A stretch of DNA of 60,761 nucleotides from Clostridia bacterium. GTDB taxonomy: Bacteria; Bacillota; Clostridia; Oscillospirales; CAG-272. The stretch lies in the NCBI GenBank assembly GCA_024404505.1, contig JAKSPU010000003.1:1-60761 (forward strand), read 5' to 3'. The position numbers and the translations under genes are program-made. The notes beneath the pieces were generated by a model. That model was not told the origin of the DNA. It ran no database searches and saw only the letters and a program-made list of their open reading frames with translations. Below are positions 9,294-19,225 of this stretch, one piece after another. Numbering within the stretch: position 1 is the stretch's first letter; the number at the start of each line of letters is the position of its first letter.

Positions 9294-9902
9294 TCATTCC
9301 TTCTGGACGATTGTAATCCCGACAGGCAGGATGCCGGTCTGCTCGTAGACGACGGCGTTGATCTGCGCGAGCTGTGCCGCCTGCAGCTTTTCCGGTGACT
9401 TGACCACGATATTGGCCGTGTCTCCGCTGATGACCGCGATGCACTGCGCGAAGCCCTTGCCCATCAGGATGGACTCGATATCGGCTTCCTTCGCCATCTC
9501 CTGCGCCAGCATCTCCATCTCCTGCATGGCTTCCGCTTTGACCTCCTCGGACGCCTTGTCGTTTTCGACGACTGCGTTCAGTACCTCAAGTGCCTCGTCA
9601 CGCGCCCGCTTGCGGCTGACCTCGACCGCGGAGAAGTAGGAGTCCGTATCGTCGACCGAGCCCTGTGCGGGAGACGTATCCTCCCCGACCTGCGTGTTGG
9701 TCAGATTGGTCCCGTAGGTCGTCGACATACCGGCGCTGTTCGTGTAGTCGAAGCCCTGATCTTCATTGCGCTTGTTGAAGAAGATCACGTTCAGGACCAC
9801 GGCGGCGCCGATGATGAGGATCGCGCCCGCAATGATCAGGTTGCGGCGTCCGATCCGCTCAAGGAAGCCCTTGAATTTTTCCCAACCGGTTTGTGTATTC
9901 AT
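9294..9902 (-). CDS. spoIIIAH: Stage III sporulation protein AH
   Basis: Last gene of the spoIIIA array. Start at MNTQTGW (GGAGGG RBS), single N-terminal TM, acidic coiled C-terminal domain. Confidence 0.75.
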   Translation of the reverse strand: MNTQTGWEKFKGFLERIGRRNLIIAGAILIIGAAVVLNVIFFNKRNEDQGFDYTNSAGMSTTYGTNLTNTQVGEDTSPAQGSVDDTDSYFSAVEVSRKRARDEALEVLNAVVENDKASEEVKAEAMQEMEMLAQEMAKEADIESILMGKGFAQCIAVISGDTANIVVKSPEKLQAAQLAQINAVVYEQTGILPVGITIVQKE

Positions 9903-9978
9903 GATTATGCCCTCCGTTCCGGATTTTGATTTCAATGCACTTTATGCACACAAGTCCGGAGATATTCCGGAAATGATC

Positions 9979-10563
9979 TCAATTTCTTCCGGTCACGTAG
10001 ATCCGGTTGCTCCCGAGCGAGAACGCTGCCGAGAGCAGCGACGTGATCTCCCGCTTTACGTCCGGATCGTTCCCGCCGGTGCAGACGATGCCGATCCCCG
10101 ACACGGAAGGCGCCTCACAGGTGATGAAAACGGCTGACTCCGACGACCCGGATCCGACCGTGACGTAAGTCCTCGTCACGCCTGCCGCACCCGCTTTTTC
10201 TTCGACCGCGTAAACCTGCCGGAAGCCGCCGTCCAGCGTCACGATGACGGATACCTCTCCCGCGCCGGTGACCTCGGAGCATATATCCCTGATCCTTCCT
10301 TCGATCCCGATCCTGTACACGTCGGTCTGCGCGCCAAGATCGGCTTCCGGCGGTGCGCTGTCGTTTCCGGGATCGGTCCCGCCGCAGGACGGGAACAGGC
10401 GGGATCCCCACAGAAGAAGGATCACCCCGAGCGACCCGATCAGGATCACCGGGATCAGGGAGTGCTTCATGCCCAAGGCCCGCCGCACGCCGGACGGCGT
10501 ATCGACGGGCAGCATCGTCCTGCCGGAATAATCGTGCTTTGCGTCCATTTCTTCTCCTTTCAT
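9979..10563 (-). CDS. spoIIIAG: Stage III sporulation protein AG
   Basis: Position in the operon. N-terminal TM plus a C-terminal ring-forming-type domain (EVSVIVTLDGG...GIGIVCTGG). Confidence 0.75.
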   Translation of the reverse strand: MKGEEMDAKHDYSGRTMLPVDTPSGVRRALGMKHSLIPVILIGSLGVILLLWGSRLFPSCGGTDPGNDSAPPEADLGAQTDVYRIGIEGRIRDICSEVTGAGEVSVIVTLDGGFRQVYAVEEKAGAAGVTRTYVTVGSGSSESAVFITCEAPSVSGIGIVCTGGNDPDVKREITSLLSAAFSLGSNRIYVTGRN

Positions 10564-10566
10564 CTT

Positions 10567-11115
10567 TCATCCGACCGCTACCCGGCACTCACAGCCGAGC
10601 TGACCGCTGATCCACTCCTCTATGAGATGCGGGTTCTTGAGTATCGCTTCCCCGGACAGGACGATGCTGACGCTCCGCACGCAAAAGGCGGAATCCGATC
10701 CGTTTCCGCTGCTGAAATCCGCGTCAACGATGACCCGGCAGGAGGATGGCGGGATGCCGAAGCGCTCGTTCATCTGCTCCGTCACCCACGAGGCGATCCC
10801 GTCCGCTCCGGACGATGCTATCATATTATCAAGCCCGCGGTCGGGATCTATGACCCCGGCGCCTGCGATATCCCGTCCGTAGGACTCGAGCCAATCCGCC
10901 GCCGCTTCGGGATCGCCCTCGGCGATCGTACGCAGGAATCGCGTTCCGGCACGCAGGGGGGCGAGCAGCGTGAGCAGCACGCAGAGTCCCGTGATCAGCC
11001 TCAGCGCACCCGCGAGACCGGGCGATCCGTCCTCTGGAAATAACGCCTCGATCAGCACGGCCGCAAGGGAAACGGTCAGGAGCGGGATAAACGAGGCTGT
11101 GAAAGCGTCAGACAT
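10567..11115 (-). CDS. spoIIIAF: Stage III sporulation protein AF
   Basis: Start at MSDAFTASFIPLL. Two N-terminal TM helices, and position between AE and AG. Confidence 0.7.
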   Translation of the reverse strand: MSDAFTASFIPLLTVSLAAVLIEALFPEDGSPGLAGALRLITGLCVLLTLLAPLRAGTRFLRTIAEGDPEAAADWLESYGRDIAGAGVIDPDRGLDNMIASSGADGIASWVTEQMNERFGIPPSSCRVIVDADFSSGNGSDSAFCVRSVSIVLSGEAILKNPHLIEEWISGQLGCECRVAVG

Positions 11116-11125
11116 ATTGCACCTC

Positions 11126-12271
11126 TCATAGCACGCCGGCGCAGGACGCCAGCAGCGCAAGCGACAGCGTGAAGAATACCGAGCTGACGGCGGCTGCCGC
11201 GGCCATATATCCGTACAGCCCCGCGATCTCACCGAGCAGACGGCTCTCCTCGGGACAATCCAGCATTTCCGCCGCGGACGACGACCACAGCAGCACCTGC
11301 CGCATGAGCAGCAGCTCGATCAGCGTCGGAAGCAGCAAAAGCCCGAGCAGCAGTATCCCGGCTGTCCCCGTGATCCGGCGCAGAACGGTGACCCCTGCCG
11401 ATATCGTGTTGAGCGACGCGGAAACGGCACCGCCGGCTACGGGAATCATCTGCGAAACGGCGTATCGCAGCCCCTTCATGCGTATGGTGTCGCGTCCGGC
11501 AGAGAGGAGCGTCTGCGTACCGAGCAGGGCGGACAGAAGAAACATGGCAAAGCCCAAAAGACCTGCGTAGGTCTTCCGTATACGCTCCGAAAGTGCGCCG
11601 GGGCGTATGCGCGTGCCGATCACGTCGAACAGAGACAGAGCCATACATACGCCGCAGATGCCCGGCGCGGGCTTCGTGCAAAGCAGATCGATAACGGCGA
11701 GGAACACGACCAGCAGTCCCTGACCGGCTGCGGCCTGCGTCACGTTCCCGCCGATCGCGTACAGCGTGCCGATCACGGGAATAAAACCGGCCGTCAATGA
11801 CGTCAACTGTCGGAAGTACGCGGTCACCGTTCCGGCAAGTCCGGCGGTCATCCCCGCAGCCGTGCCGAACAGAGAAAGCCTCATCAGGAACCCGGATACC
11901 TTGTCTGCCTGTCCGCCGAGTGCGCCGGAGACACGCCGCAGAACGGTTCCGAGCAGCAGAAGCCCGATAAGCACCGAAAGCATACGCGAAGCGTCCGCAA
12001 GGCGCAGACCGAGGCAGGATAAAAGCGTGGACAGCAGGACGGAAAACCGTGTCACGTCCGAGAGCGCCTCGGCTGCCTCGGCCGGATCGGTAGAAAACAA
12101 TCCTTCGGGCAAAAAGTCCGTCACGTCGCCAGGAAGATAATCCGGGACAGCGCAGTATTCAGGGGGCATGGATAAAGCAGGCTGCGTCTCGTCCTCGGCG
12201 GCTGCGGGAAGGACGCATAAAGCAAGCAGAAGCACCGCACAGATCAGGACACGCACCGCACGCCGCGTCAC
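11126..12271 (-). CDS. spoIIIAE: Stage III sporulation protein AE
   Basis: Polytopic membrane protein. I place the start at GTG (complement 12269-12271) directly after the spoIIIAD stop, because the longer ORF-track version would overlap spoIIIAD entirely. Signal-like N-terminus TRRAVRVLICAVLLLALCVLPAAA. Confidence 0.8.
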   Translation of the reverse strand: MTRRAVRVLICAVLLLALCVLPAAAEDETQPALSMPPEYCAVPDYLPGDVTDFLPEGLFSTDPAEAAEALSDVTRFSVLLSTLLSCLGLRLADASRMLSVLIGLLLLGTVLRRVSGALGGQADKVSGFLMRLSLFGTAAGMTAGLAGTVTAYFRQLTSLTAGFIPVIGTLYAIGGNVTQAAAGQGLLVVFLAVIDLLCTKPAPGICGVCMALSLFDVIGTRIRPGALSERIRKTYAGLLGFAMFLLSALLGTQTLLSAGRDTIRMKGLRYAVSQMIPVAGGAVSASLNTISAGVTVLRRITGTAGILLLGLLLLPTLIELLLMRQVLLWSSSAAEMLDCPEESRLLGEIAGLYGYMAAAAAVSSVFFTLSLALLASCAGVL

Positions 12272-12273
12272 GG

Positions 12274-12663
12274 TCAGCCGCCGGCGGACAAAAGCGTGGA
12301 AACGGTCTCGAGGACGTTCCGGACAAGCGGCATGGACGTCACGATCAGCTCCAGCCGCCCCATGTTCTCGACCCAGAGCCCGAGCGAGGGCTCGCCGCTG
12401 TCGCGGCAGATCCCGGCTGCACATTCGGTCAAGAGACACAACCCGAGCGCCTTGATCATGAGCAGCCATGTGTCCTCCGGCAGAGCGGATCCGAACAGGG
12501 AGACCGTGTCGCGTAGGAGCTGCCCTGTCATGGAGAGAGCTGCCGCGGCAAAGCAGATCGTGGCAGCCGTCCGAAGAAGCGGTGCCCATTCGGGCTTGTA
12601 CGAGCGCATAACGAGCAAAGCGCAGAGCGCCAGCAGACAACCGATACATACCTTCTCCGTCAT
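12274..12663 (-). CDS. spoIIIAD: Stage III sporulation protein AD
   Basis: 129-aa four-TM protein in the canonical position; resembles the SpoIIIAD pattern. Confidence 0.85.
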   Translation of the reverse strand: MTEKVCIGCLLALCALLVMRSYKPEWAPLLRTAATICFAAAALSMTGQLLRDTVSLFGSALPEDTWLLMIKALGLCLLTECAAGICRDSGEPSLGLWVENMGRLELIVTSMPLVRNVLETVSTLLSAGG

Positions 12664-12664
12664 G

Positions 12665-12859
12665 TCAGAAGCCGAATACCGTACAGATCAGATCGAAAAG
12701 GTCACCGATCTCCCGGATCAGAAGCAGCAGGACGACCACGATCCCCGCCAGCGTGACCAGTGTGGATTGTTCGTCCCGGCCCGATTTCCCGAGCAGCTGA
12801 CAGGCGACGGACACGAGTATGCCGACGCCCGCCACCTTGATGATGAGAGAAATATCCAT
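12665..12859 (-). CDS. spoIIIAC: Stage III sporulation protein AC
   Basis: 64-aa two-TM protein MDISLIIKVAGVGILVSVA..., closely resembling B. subtilis SpoIIIAC. Confidence 0.9.
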   Translation of the reverse strand: MDISLIIKVAGVGILVSVACQLLGKSGRDEQSTLVTLAGIVVVLLLLIREIGDLFDLICTVFGF

Positions 12860-12898
12860 ATTCCGTCCTTTCCGTTCCGATCCGACCGGATATACGTC

Positions 12899-13408
12899 TT
12901 ACCATAGAAGAACAGCTGCCGTCAGAAAGACGGTGACCAGCAGCGTACAGCCGGTGCGGACTCTCATCGGCAGCGTGTCCGCGAGCCGCCGACGCTGCTC
13001 GGAGAGCGCGGACAGGCAGACGTCACAGCGGCTGACCTGCTCGCGGCGGAAGGAGCGCCCGAGTCCCGCGGAAAACTCCATCAGCAGGCGCTCACATTCC
13101 GGGCCGAGCCATCTCCGGCTCTCATAAAGGAGATCATCCAGCCGAAGCGCGGGTCCGACCGTCGTCGGAGGCAGACGTCCGCTTTCGGACGGATGCCCGC
13201 GGCAGGCGTCCAGAACAGCCGGATCGGTCTCCCTCAGGATGACGTCGATCGGCATCGCAAAGCAGTCGATCTGTCCGCGGATACGCCGGAGCAGCGTGAT
13301 ATAGCCGTCCAGCACGGTGATCCGCCGTCTTTCGTATCCGGAAAGCGAGATCGCCGACCGGATACCGGCCAGCAGAAGCAGCAGCGTTCCGATCAGTTTG
13401 ACAGGCAT
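12899..13408 (-). CDS. spoIIIAB: Stage III sporulation protein AB
   Basis: Start at MPVKLIG. About 169 aa with TM helices at both ends; 16-nt overlap with spoIIIAA. Confidence 0.8.
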   Translation of the reverse strand: MPVKLIGTLLLLLAGIRSAISLSGYERRRITVLDGYITLLRRIRGQIDCFAMPIDVILRETDPAVLDACRGHPSESGRLPPTTVGPALRLDDLLYESRRWLGPECERLLMEFSAGLGRSFRREQVSRCDVCLSALSEQRRRLADTLPMRVRTGCTLLVTVFLTAAVLLW

Positions 13409-14472
13409 ACCTGATCCTCTGCGCAATTGGAGACGCTTGCCCGTGACGCGGGCAGCGGGGGAGGGAGGCAGCCGCGCGGATCATCGTCCGCATCAGACTG
13501 ACTCGTCACGTCGTACAGGAAGCCTCCGCACCCGTCCCGCATCAGACCGACGTAAGAGGCGAACAGATCCGCGTCGTGAAGCATCCGGATGCCGGGGCGC
13601 TTGAGCAGCTCCCGGCAGGAGCCGGCGTGCGCGGAGCAGACGAGCGGAACGCCGCCCCGGTGTGCCGCCGTCAGCGCGAACGCCTCCTTCGCGTCACCGA
13701 TCTCGTCACAGACAATGACCTGTGCGTTGAGCGTCCTCACGGCGATCTCCACGCCGAGCGGACGCGGATAACCGGAAAGCACGTCAAGGCATCCGCCGTT
13801 GTCTTTCAAGCCGAAGGACAGCTCGCACCGCGTATCCACGACGACGGTGCGCAGCGGGTCCGGCGGCGACGCAAGTAAAGAAGCGGCAGCGCGTAAAACC
13901 GTCGTTTTGCCGACACCCGGAGGACCGTAGATCAGGATCCCGCGTGCGTTGCCGCGCATCACCTCTTCCCGGATCATGCGGCACAGGCGTCCTCCGATGC
14001 CGTCGTGCGTATGCGGCAGACGGATGCAGAGTCCGCTCACGGAGCGCAGGCCGAGCACTCTGCCGTCCTCGACGGCGGCCTGTCCCGCCACGCCGACGCG
14101 GATACCGCCCGGCAAGGTCAGGAATCCCTGTGCGATCTCCCGCTCGTAGGCGTAGACGGATCCCCCGCACAGCCGGAAAAGAAGCTCGTTCAGATCGTGT
14201 CCGGACAGGTAAAGGTCGGTCAGCACGTTTCGTCCGCCCGCGGTAAAGGATACAGGTGCGTCCGCGCGGAAACGGATCTCTTCCACCGTTTCATACGGTG
14301 ACAGCCTGAGCCGCGATATCCGTTCCGTGACCGCCCCCGCAAGCGATGACGGAAGCCGTTCCGTCAATACGTGCGGGAGCCGGAAGTAAAGAGGATCGTT
14401 CTTCACATACGGCACGGGAGGGAGCGACGCGCCGTGAACGCTGTCCCAGGAGAAACGTTTTTCCGCCATCAT
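13393..14472 (-). CDS. spoIIIAA: Stage III sporulation protein AA (secretion-type ATPase)
   Basis: Walker A GPPGVGKTT; first gene of the spoIIIA array. Confidence 0.9.
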   Translation of the reverse strand: MMAEKRFSWDSVHGASLPPVPYVKNDPLYFRLPHVLTERLPSSLAGAVTERISRLRLSPYETVEEIRFRADAPVSFTAGGRNVLTDLYLSGHDLNELLFRLCGGSVYAYEREIAQGFLTLPGGIRVGVAGQAAVEDGRVLGLRSVSGLCIRLPHTHDGIGGRLCRMIREEVMRGNARGILIYGPPGVGKTTVLRAAASLLASPPDPLRTVVVDTRCELSFGLKDNGGCLDVLSGYPRPLGVEIAVRTLNAQVIVCDEIGDAKEAFALTAAHRGGVPLVCSAHAGSCRELLKRPGIRMLHDADLFASYVGLMRDGCGGFLYDVTSQSDADDDPRGCLPPPLPASRASVSNCAEDQVCLSN

Positions 14473-14495
14473 CGCTCACCCCCCGTCACACTCCA

Positions 14496-14524
14496 TGTAT
14501 ATGGGCAGCGGGCATCCGATATGA
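14496..14524 (-). promoter_or_regulatory. Candidate sigmaE-type (mother-cell) promoter of the spoIIIA operon
   Basis: On the minus strand: TCATATC, 14-nt spacer, CATATACA. This compares with the B. subtilis sigmaE consensus (kmATATT-N14-CATACAnT) as I recall it. Lies 24 nt upstream of the spoIIIAA ATG. Confidence 0.4.
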
Positions 14525-14529
14525 CAAAA

Positions 14530-14567
14530 GCAGGGCGGAAACCTTTCCGTTAAGGTTTCCGCCCTGC
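14530..14567 (-). terminator. Intrinsic terminator after the hom-membrane protein pair
   Basis: Minus strand: GCAGGGCGGAAACCTT-aacg-gAAAGGTTTCCGCCCTGC followed by TTTTG. Confidence 0.8.
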
Positions 14568-14582
14568 GGGTCGTATTCAGAT

Positions 14583-15398
14583 TCAAGGTTCCGGGACAGC
14601 CCCGGTAACAGCGTCCGTCGGCACACGCTCGTCATCGTCCGGGAGGATCTCCTCAAAGCGGATCATGACCTTCACGTCCGGCCAGAGCGTCGGCTCGTTG
14701 TACCGGTAGAATTTGACCGCGCGTTCCATGTGCGAGACGTTGTGCGGAACGCCGCGCCCGGACAGCTTCTCCACGACGGAACGGGCAAGCCCGACGGTGG
14801 AGGTGTACTTGTCGGCAAGCACCTTCGTGTCGGACACGGTGCCCTGCAGCACCTCAAAGCGTTTGCCGTCGCTCATCGTGTAGGTGACGGACAATCCCTT
14901 TTCCGTATCGCAGTCCACGCGTGAGGATACCACGTCGTCCCACGAGTGCGTTGACGTGTCAAAGAAGAAATGGCCCGTGATCCCGTCCTCGGACACCAGC
15001 GTATAGGTGTTGACGGATATGACGCCGCACAGCACGATCAGACCGAGGATGCCGACGCAGATCAGATTGACGGTCTTCTTTTTCCCGAGCGCCGTCTTTT
15101 TCGCTTTGAGCGGGGAGGTGAAATCCTGCTTTTCAAAGTCCTCCTCGTTCGGGAGGTACTTGAGGATCAGGATCGTGTCCATCAGCACGAACGCCGCGAT
15201 GATGGAGGGGAGCTGCAGCTTCATGAGTGCGTAGGCAGCCTGTCCGCCGTACTTGGCTTCGATCACGACGGACGTGATGCGGGTCACGGCGAACACGTAG
15301 ATCAGCATACCGGCGATGACGCACAGCGTGCCGAATATCAGGAACAGGCAGCCCCGTGCGCCTTCGGGATTCTTTTTCTTTTTTCTGCGGATAGCCAT
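14583..15398 (-). CDS. Hypothetical membrane protein (3 predicted TM helices)
   Basis: Basic N-terminus MAIRRKKKKNPEG followed by hydrophobic helices; no family recognised. The alternative TTG start at 15410 overlaps the hom stop. Confidence 0.65.
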   Translation of the reverse strand: MAIRRKKKKNPEGARGCLFLIFGTLCVIAGMLIYVFAVTRITSVVIEAKYGGQAAYALMKLQLPSIIAAFVLMDTILILKYLPNEEDFEKQDFTSPLKAKKTALGKKKTVNLICVGILGLIVLCGVISVNTYTLVSEDGITGHFFFDTSTHSWDDVVSSRVDCDTEKGLSVTYTMSDGKRFEVLQGTVSDTKVLADKYTSTVGLARSVVEKLSGRGVPHNVSHMERAVKFYRYNEPTLWPDVKVMIRFEEILPDDDERVPTDAVTGAVPEP

Positions 15399-15406
15399 AA
15401 CGCCTC

Positions 15407-16618
15407 TCAATCAAGTACTCGGATGCGTGACACGAGCGGGAAGCCTGCGGAAGCGATGCGGGCGAGCGTTTCGGCTTCGCTCATGGGTTTCGTCACGAAA
15501 GTGTGCTTTCCGTTTCGGCCGGTGAAGTAATCGGACGCGCCGAACACAGCCCTCAGCCCGGCGGCCTGCTCCTTGGGAACGTCGAAGGTCAGAAGGCTGC
15601 GGCAGACGTATCCGTCAAAATCAGCGATATCGTCGGTACCCGCATCCGTCCATTCGGCTGCGTCGACCGTGCGTCCGGACATGATCTCGATCATATCGGC
15701 TGCCACGGCGGAAGCCGTCGGCAGCTTGCCGGCGCCGGGACCGTAGAACATGACCTTGCCGACCATGTCGGCTTCAACGAGGATCCCGTTGAATACGTCG
15801 TTGACACCGTAGATCGGGTTATCTGCGCGCACGGCGCGCGGCGATACCATCGCCACGACCCGTCCGTCCATCAGCGAGGTGTGACCGATCAGCTTGATGG
15901 CGTAACCGGCGGACTCGGCATAAGCGCAATCCTCCGGCGTGATGTTCGTGATGCCCTCGCAGTGGATGGCATTGGGATCGAGCCGTTTGCCGAATGCCAT
16001 AGCCGCCAGAATGACGGTCTTGCGGGCAGCGTCGAGTCCCTCCACGTCGGCGGCGGGATTGCGCTCGGCGTAGCCGAGGCGCTGCGCGTCGCGCAGCACG
16101 TCGTCGAAGGCGGCGCCCTCGTTCTTCATGCGGGTCAGGATATAGTTCGTCGTGCCGTTCAGGATGCCGCTGATCGCGGTGATGCGGTTGGAGGAGAAGT
16201 CCTTGCGTAAGGGGCTGATGATCGGGATGCCGCCGCCGACGGACGCCTCAAAGAGGTAGTGTACGCCGTTCTCGCGGGCGATCTGCAGAAGCTCCGTGCC
16301 GAAGTTTGCCACGACCTCCTTGTTGGAGGTGACGACGCTCTTGCCCGCCATGAGCAGAGCCTTCGTAAAGTCGTAGGCGGGATGCGAGCCGCCCATCATC
16401 TCCGCGACGACGGAGATCTCGGGGTCGTTGAGGATGGTATTGAAATCGTGAACGATCAGCGGGGCAAACGGAGAATCCGGGAACTCACGCAGATCGAGTA
16501 TATATCGGATGCGGAAGCTGTCTCCGATCCTGCTTTCGATGAGAGCCTGATTACGCGTCAGGACCTCCGCTGTGCCGGAGCCGACAATGCCGAAGCCGAG
16601 AAGAGCCGTACTGATCAT
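15407..16618 (-). CDS. hom: Homoserine dehydrogenase
   Basis: N-terminal Rossmann motif LLGFGIVGSG, the NAD_binding_3/Homoserine_dh core and a C-terminal ACT-like tail. Confidence 0.9.
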   Translation of the reverse strand: MISTALLGFGIVGSGTAEVLTRNQALIESRIGDSFRIRYILDLREFPDSPFAPLIVHDFNTILNDPEISVVAEMMGGSHPAYDFTKALLMAGKSVVTSNKEVVANFGTELLQIARENGVHYLFEASVGGGIPIISPLRKDFSSNRITAISGILNGTTNYILTRMKNEGAAFDDVLRDAQRLGYAERNPAADVEGLDAARKTVILAAMAFGKRLDPNAIHCEGITNITPEDCAYAESAGYAIKLIGHTSLMDGRVVAMVSPRAVRADNPIYGVNDVFNGILVEADMVGKVMFYGPGAGKLPTASAVAADMIEIMSGRTVDAAEWTDAGTDDIADFDGYVCRSLLTFDVPKEQAAGLRAVFGASDYFTGRNGKHTFVTKPMSEAETLARIASAGFPLVSRIRVLD

Positions 16619-16650
16619 AGGATAGATCCTTTCAAATCTGTATTTGATTC

Positions 16651-16679
16651 ATTATAGCACATCCACGGAAAAAAATCAA
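16651..16679 (-). promoter_or_regulatory. SigmaA-type promoter for hom
   Basis: Minus strand: TTGATT, 17-nt spacer, TATAAT. Confidence 0.6.
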
Positions 16680-16780
16680 TCGGGTTTGATATAATTTGCG
16701 CTTTTTATTTTTCCCTGCGCATAAAGATGAATACGGAAGTGCGAAATTTTTAATAAATCGTAAAAAGTTTTAAAGATGAC

Positions 16781-16809
16781 TTGCTTTCCGGATCGACTTG
16801 TGCTATACT
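16781..16809 (+). promoter_or_regulatory. SigmaA-type promoter (extended -10) for the ABC pair
   Basis: TTGCTT (16781-16786), 17-nt spacer ending TGc, TATACT (16804-16809). A CCGGCGTC-ccc-GACGCCGG hairpin abuts the RBS. Confidence 0.6.
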
Positions 16810-16861
16810 ATACGCTGTTATAAAAGGCCGGCGTCCCCGACGCCGGAGGAAAGGAGACATC

Positions 16862-19225
16862 ATGGCAGCACCCTTGATAGAATTGAAGGGGATCGGTAAG
16901 ATCTACGTGTCGGAGGGCAGCGTCGCGGTCGGTATCCGCGGCGTGGACCTTTCGTTTGATAAAGGCGAATTCGTCGCGGTGACCGGTAAATCCGGCTCCG
17001 GTAAATCGACGCTTCTGAACGTCATCAGCGGCATGGATTCGTACGAGGAAGGCGAAATGTACGTGGAGGGGGAGCCTACCTCCCACTACCTGCAAAAGGA
17101 TTGGGAGGAGTACCGCAAGAAGTACATCTCCTTCATATTCCAGGAGTACAACATCATCGAGAGCTTCACGGTCCTGCAGAACGTAGAGTTGGCGCTCATG
17201 AATATCGACGACCCCGCCGCGCGTCGTGAGAAGGCGCAGGAGCTGCTCCGCCGCGTCGGACTCGAGGATTTCATGAATCATAAGGGCAGCAAGCTCTCCG
17301 GCGGTCAGAAGCAGCGGACCGTCATCGCCCGTGCGCTCGCCAAGGACAGCCCGGTCATTCTGGCCGACGAGCCGACCGGCAACCTCGACAGCAAGACGAG
17401 CGAGGAGATCATCAACCTTTTGCGGGAGGTGTCGCGGGATAAGCTCGTGATCGTCGTCACGCACAACTTCGAGCAGGTCGAGCATTGCGCCACCCGGCAC
17501 ATCCGCATTTTCGACGGTGCCGTTGAATCCGATCAGGTGCTGACCGCCGTCACGCCCGTTTCGGATAAAAACGCGGAAGTCAAGGAGGAAGCAGCCCCGG
17601 AGACGCTCGGGCGCACCCTCCGGAACGGCGCCGCGCTCGGACGCGTCCGCTTCGGCGCCACGCCCAAGCTGAGTGTCTTTCTCTGCCTGCTGATGACGGT
17701 GACGGCGCTCGTGCTGACCGTGCTCACGTCGGTGACGGCAGACTCAAAGGAACTGTTTGAAAAGAACTATATGTTCGAGCACATGAAGGGGCGCGTGATC
17801 GTCACCAAGGAGGACGGCTCGGTGCTTACCGACGACGAGCTGAAGGACGCCGCCGGAAAAACCGGTGCAAAGAGCGCGATCCGCTTCGACTATATGCTGG
17901 ACATGAACTCCTCGCTGTGGATCTCTCCGAACCCGAATCAGACCGTCTCTTCGTACGAGTATCTGACAGAATATCTCATCTTCCGGTTTGACGGTCCCGC
18001 CGATAAGGTGAAACTCGACGGCGGCAGATACCCGGAAAAGACCAACGAGGTGCTGCTGTATCTGCCCATCGCCTACAAGTCCGCGTTTGGCACCGGCGAC
18101 GGCTTCACGTCCTTTACCCTGTACGATATCCTGTCGCCGAATGATATGTCCGATGATACGGCCATGTTCTGCGTGACGGGCATCAGCTACTTCTACGACA
18201 ACACAAAGAACGCGGAGATCCTCTTTACCGCGGAGGGCTACGATATCGCGTCATCCCTCTACTACTTCACCAACAACAGCAGCGATTTCCGTTTCACCTA
18301 CAAGGTCCCGGCAGAGAATTCTCCGGAGGGCGAAGAGATCACGCGTCAGGGCTACAAGATCTACGTGGACAGCGAGCTTCCCGCCGGCACCTACTGCCTC
18401 GCAAATATCCGGAGAGAGGTGAAGGACGTCAACGGAGCGGTGAACGTCAGCCTGAGCGGCACGTTCACAAACCGGATCAGAAGCAACAACTACTATTGGG
18501 ATTACTATGACGGCACCTACGGCTCGACGCACGAGGTCGAGGGCCCGCTCGACGGCTACACGAGGCTTCCGGAGCTGCCGGACGACACGACCGTCAGAAG
18601 GATTGCCGAAACGGAAGGGAACAGCTCCGTGTACCTGCTCGTATCTCCCGATCTGCTCGACGGATTCATGAACGAGCAGTACTACGAAAAATCCTACACA
18701 CAGGCCACGCTCATGTACCGGAACGACAGGGAAGCACAGCGCAGGACGGAGGAGCTGCAGAAGCTCGGCTTCATTGCGGTCCCCTCGACCGAGACGGTCG
18801 AGGAGGACGAGATCGACCGTCTGTTGAACGTGCTCGCGGTCGGAGGGCTGCTGATCGTATGGATCGCCGGCGTCGTGTTCATCGCGCTGTTCATGAGCCT
18901 CTGCACGTCGCGCGCGATGAACGCCAACAAGGGCGATATCGCCATCATGCGCTCCATGGGCATCCCGACCGCTGTCGTCAAGACGAGCATCTACGTGCAG
19001 ACGCTGCTCGCTCTGATCCCCGCGTTCATCGTGACCGCGATCGCCTGTACCGTGATCTACCTGATCCCGAAGACCAATCCGCTCTTCCCGTTCCTGCACG
19101 TCATCGACTACCTGTTCGTCGCCGTGCTGATGATCGGCATCGCGGTCGTTCTGGCCAAGCGGTACTGCGCAAAGATGTTCAATGAATCAGTCAAGAAAAC
19201 GCTGAAGGGAGGCAACAAGTCGTGA
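16862..19225 (+). CDS. Fused ABC ATPase + FtsX-type permease (MacB-type architecture), protein 1
   Basis: Start at MAAPLIELKG (GGAGGAAAGGAG RBS). Walker A GKSGSGKST, signature LSGGQKQR, Walker [12 protein letters not shown]. Then TM1, a large extracytoplasmic region and a C-terminal 3-TM FtsX module. Confidence 0.85.
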   Translation: MAAPLIELKGIGKIYVSEGSVAVGIRGVDLSFDKGEFVAVTGKSGSGKSTLLNVISGMDSYEEGEMYVEGEPTSHYLQKDWEEYRKKYISFIFQEYNIIESFTVLQNVELALMNIDDPAARREKAQELLRRVGLEDFMNHKGSKLSGGQKQRTVIARALAKDSPVILADEPTGNLDSKTSEEIINLLREVSRDKLVIVVTHNFEQVEHCATRHIRIFDGAVESDQVLTAVTPVSDKNAEVKEEAAPETLGRTLRNGAALGRVRFGATPKLSVFLCLLMTVTALVLTVLTSVTADSKELFEKNYMFEHMKGRVIVTKEDGSVLTDDELKDAAGKTGAKSAIRFDYMLDMNSSLWISPNPNQTVSSYEYLTEYLIFRFDGPADKVKLDGGRYPEKTNEVLLYLPIAYKSAFGTGDGFTSFTLYDILSPNDMSDDTAMFCVTGISYFYDNTKNAEILFTAEGYDIASSLYYFTNNSSDFRFTYKVPAENSPEGEEITRQGYKIYVDSELPAGTYCLANIRREVKDVNGAVNVSLSGTFTNRIRSNNYYWDYYDGTYGSTHEVEGPLDGYTRLPELPDDTTVRRIAETEGNSSVYLLVSPDLLDGFMNEQYYEKSYTQATLMYRNDREAQRRTEELQKLGFIAVPSTETVEEDEIDRLLNVLAVGGLLIVWIAGVVFIALFMSLCTSRAMNANKGDIAIMRSMGIPTAVVKTSIYVQTLLALIPAFIVTAIACTVIYLIPKTNPLFPFLHVIDYLFVAVLMIGIAVVLAKRYCAKMFNESVKKTLKGGNKS

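Noticed and set aside
12272-12649. 507-aa version of spoIIIAE extending upstream.
   Set aside because: The extension completely overlaps spoIIIAD in another frame and encodes an Arg/His-rich nonsense-like peptide. A GTG directly after the spoIIIAD stop gives a 381-aa protein with a signal-like N-terminus and the usual SpoIIIAE size.
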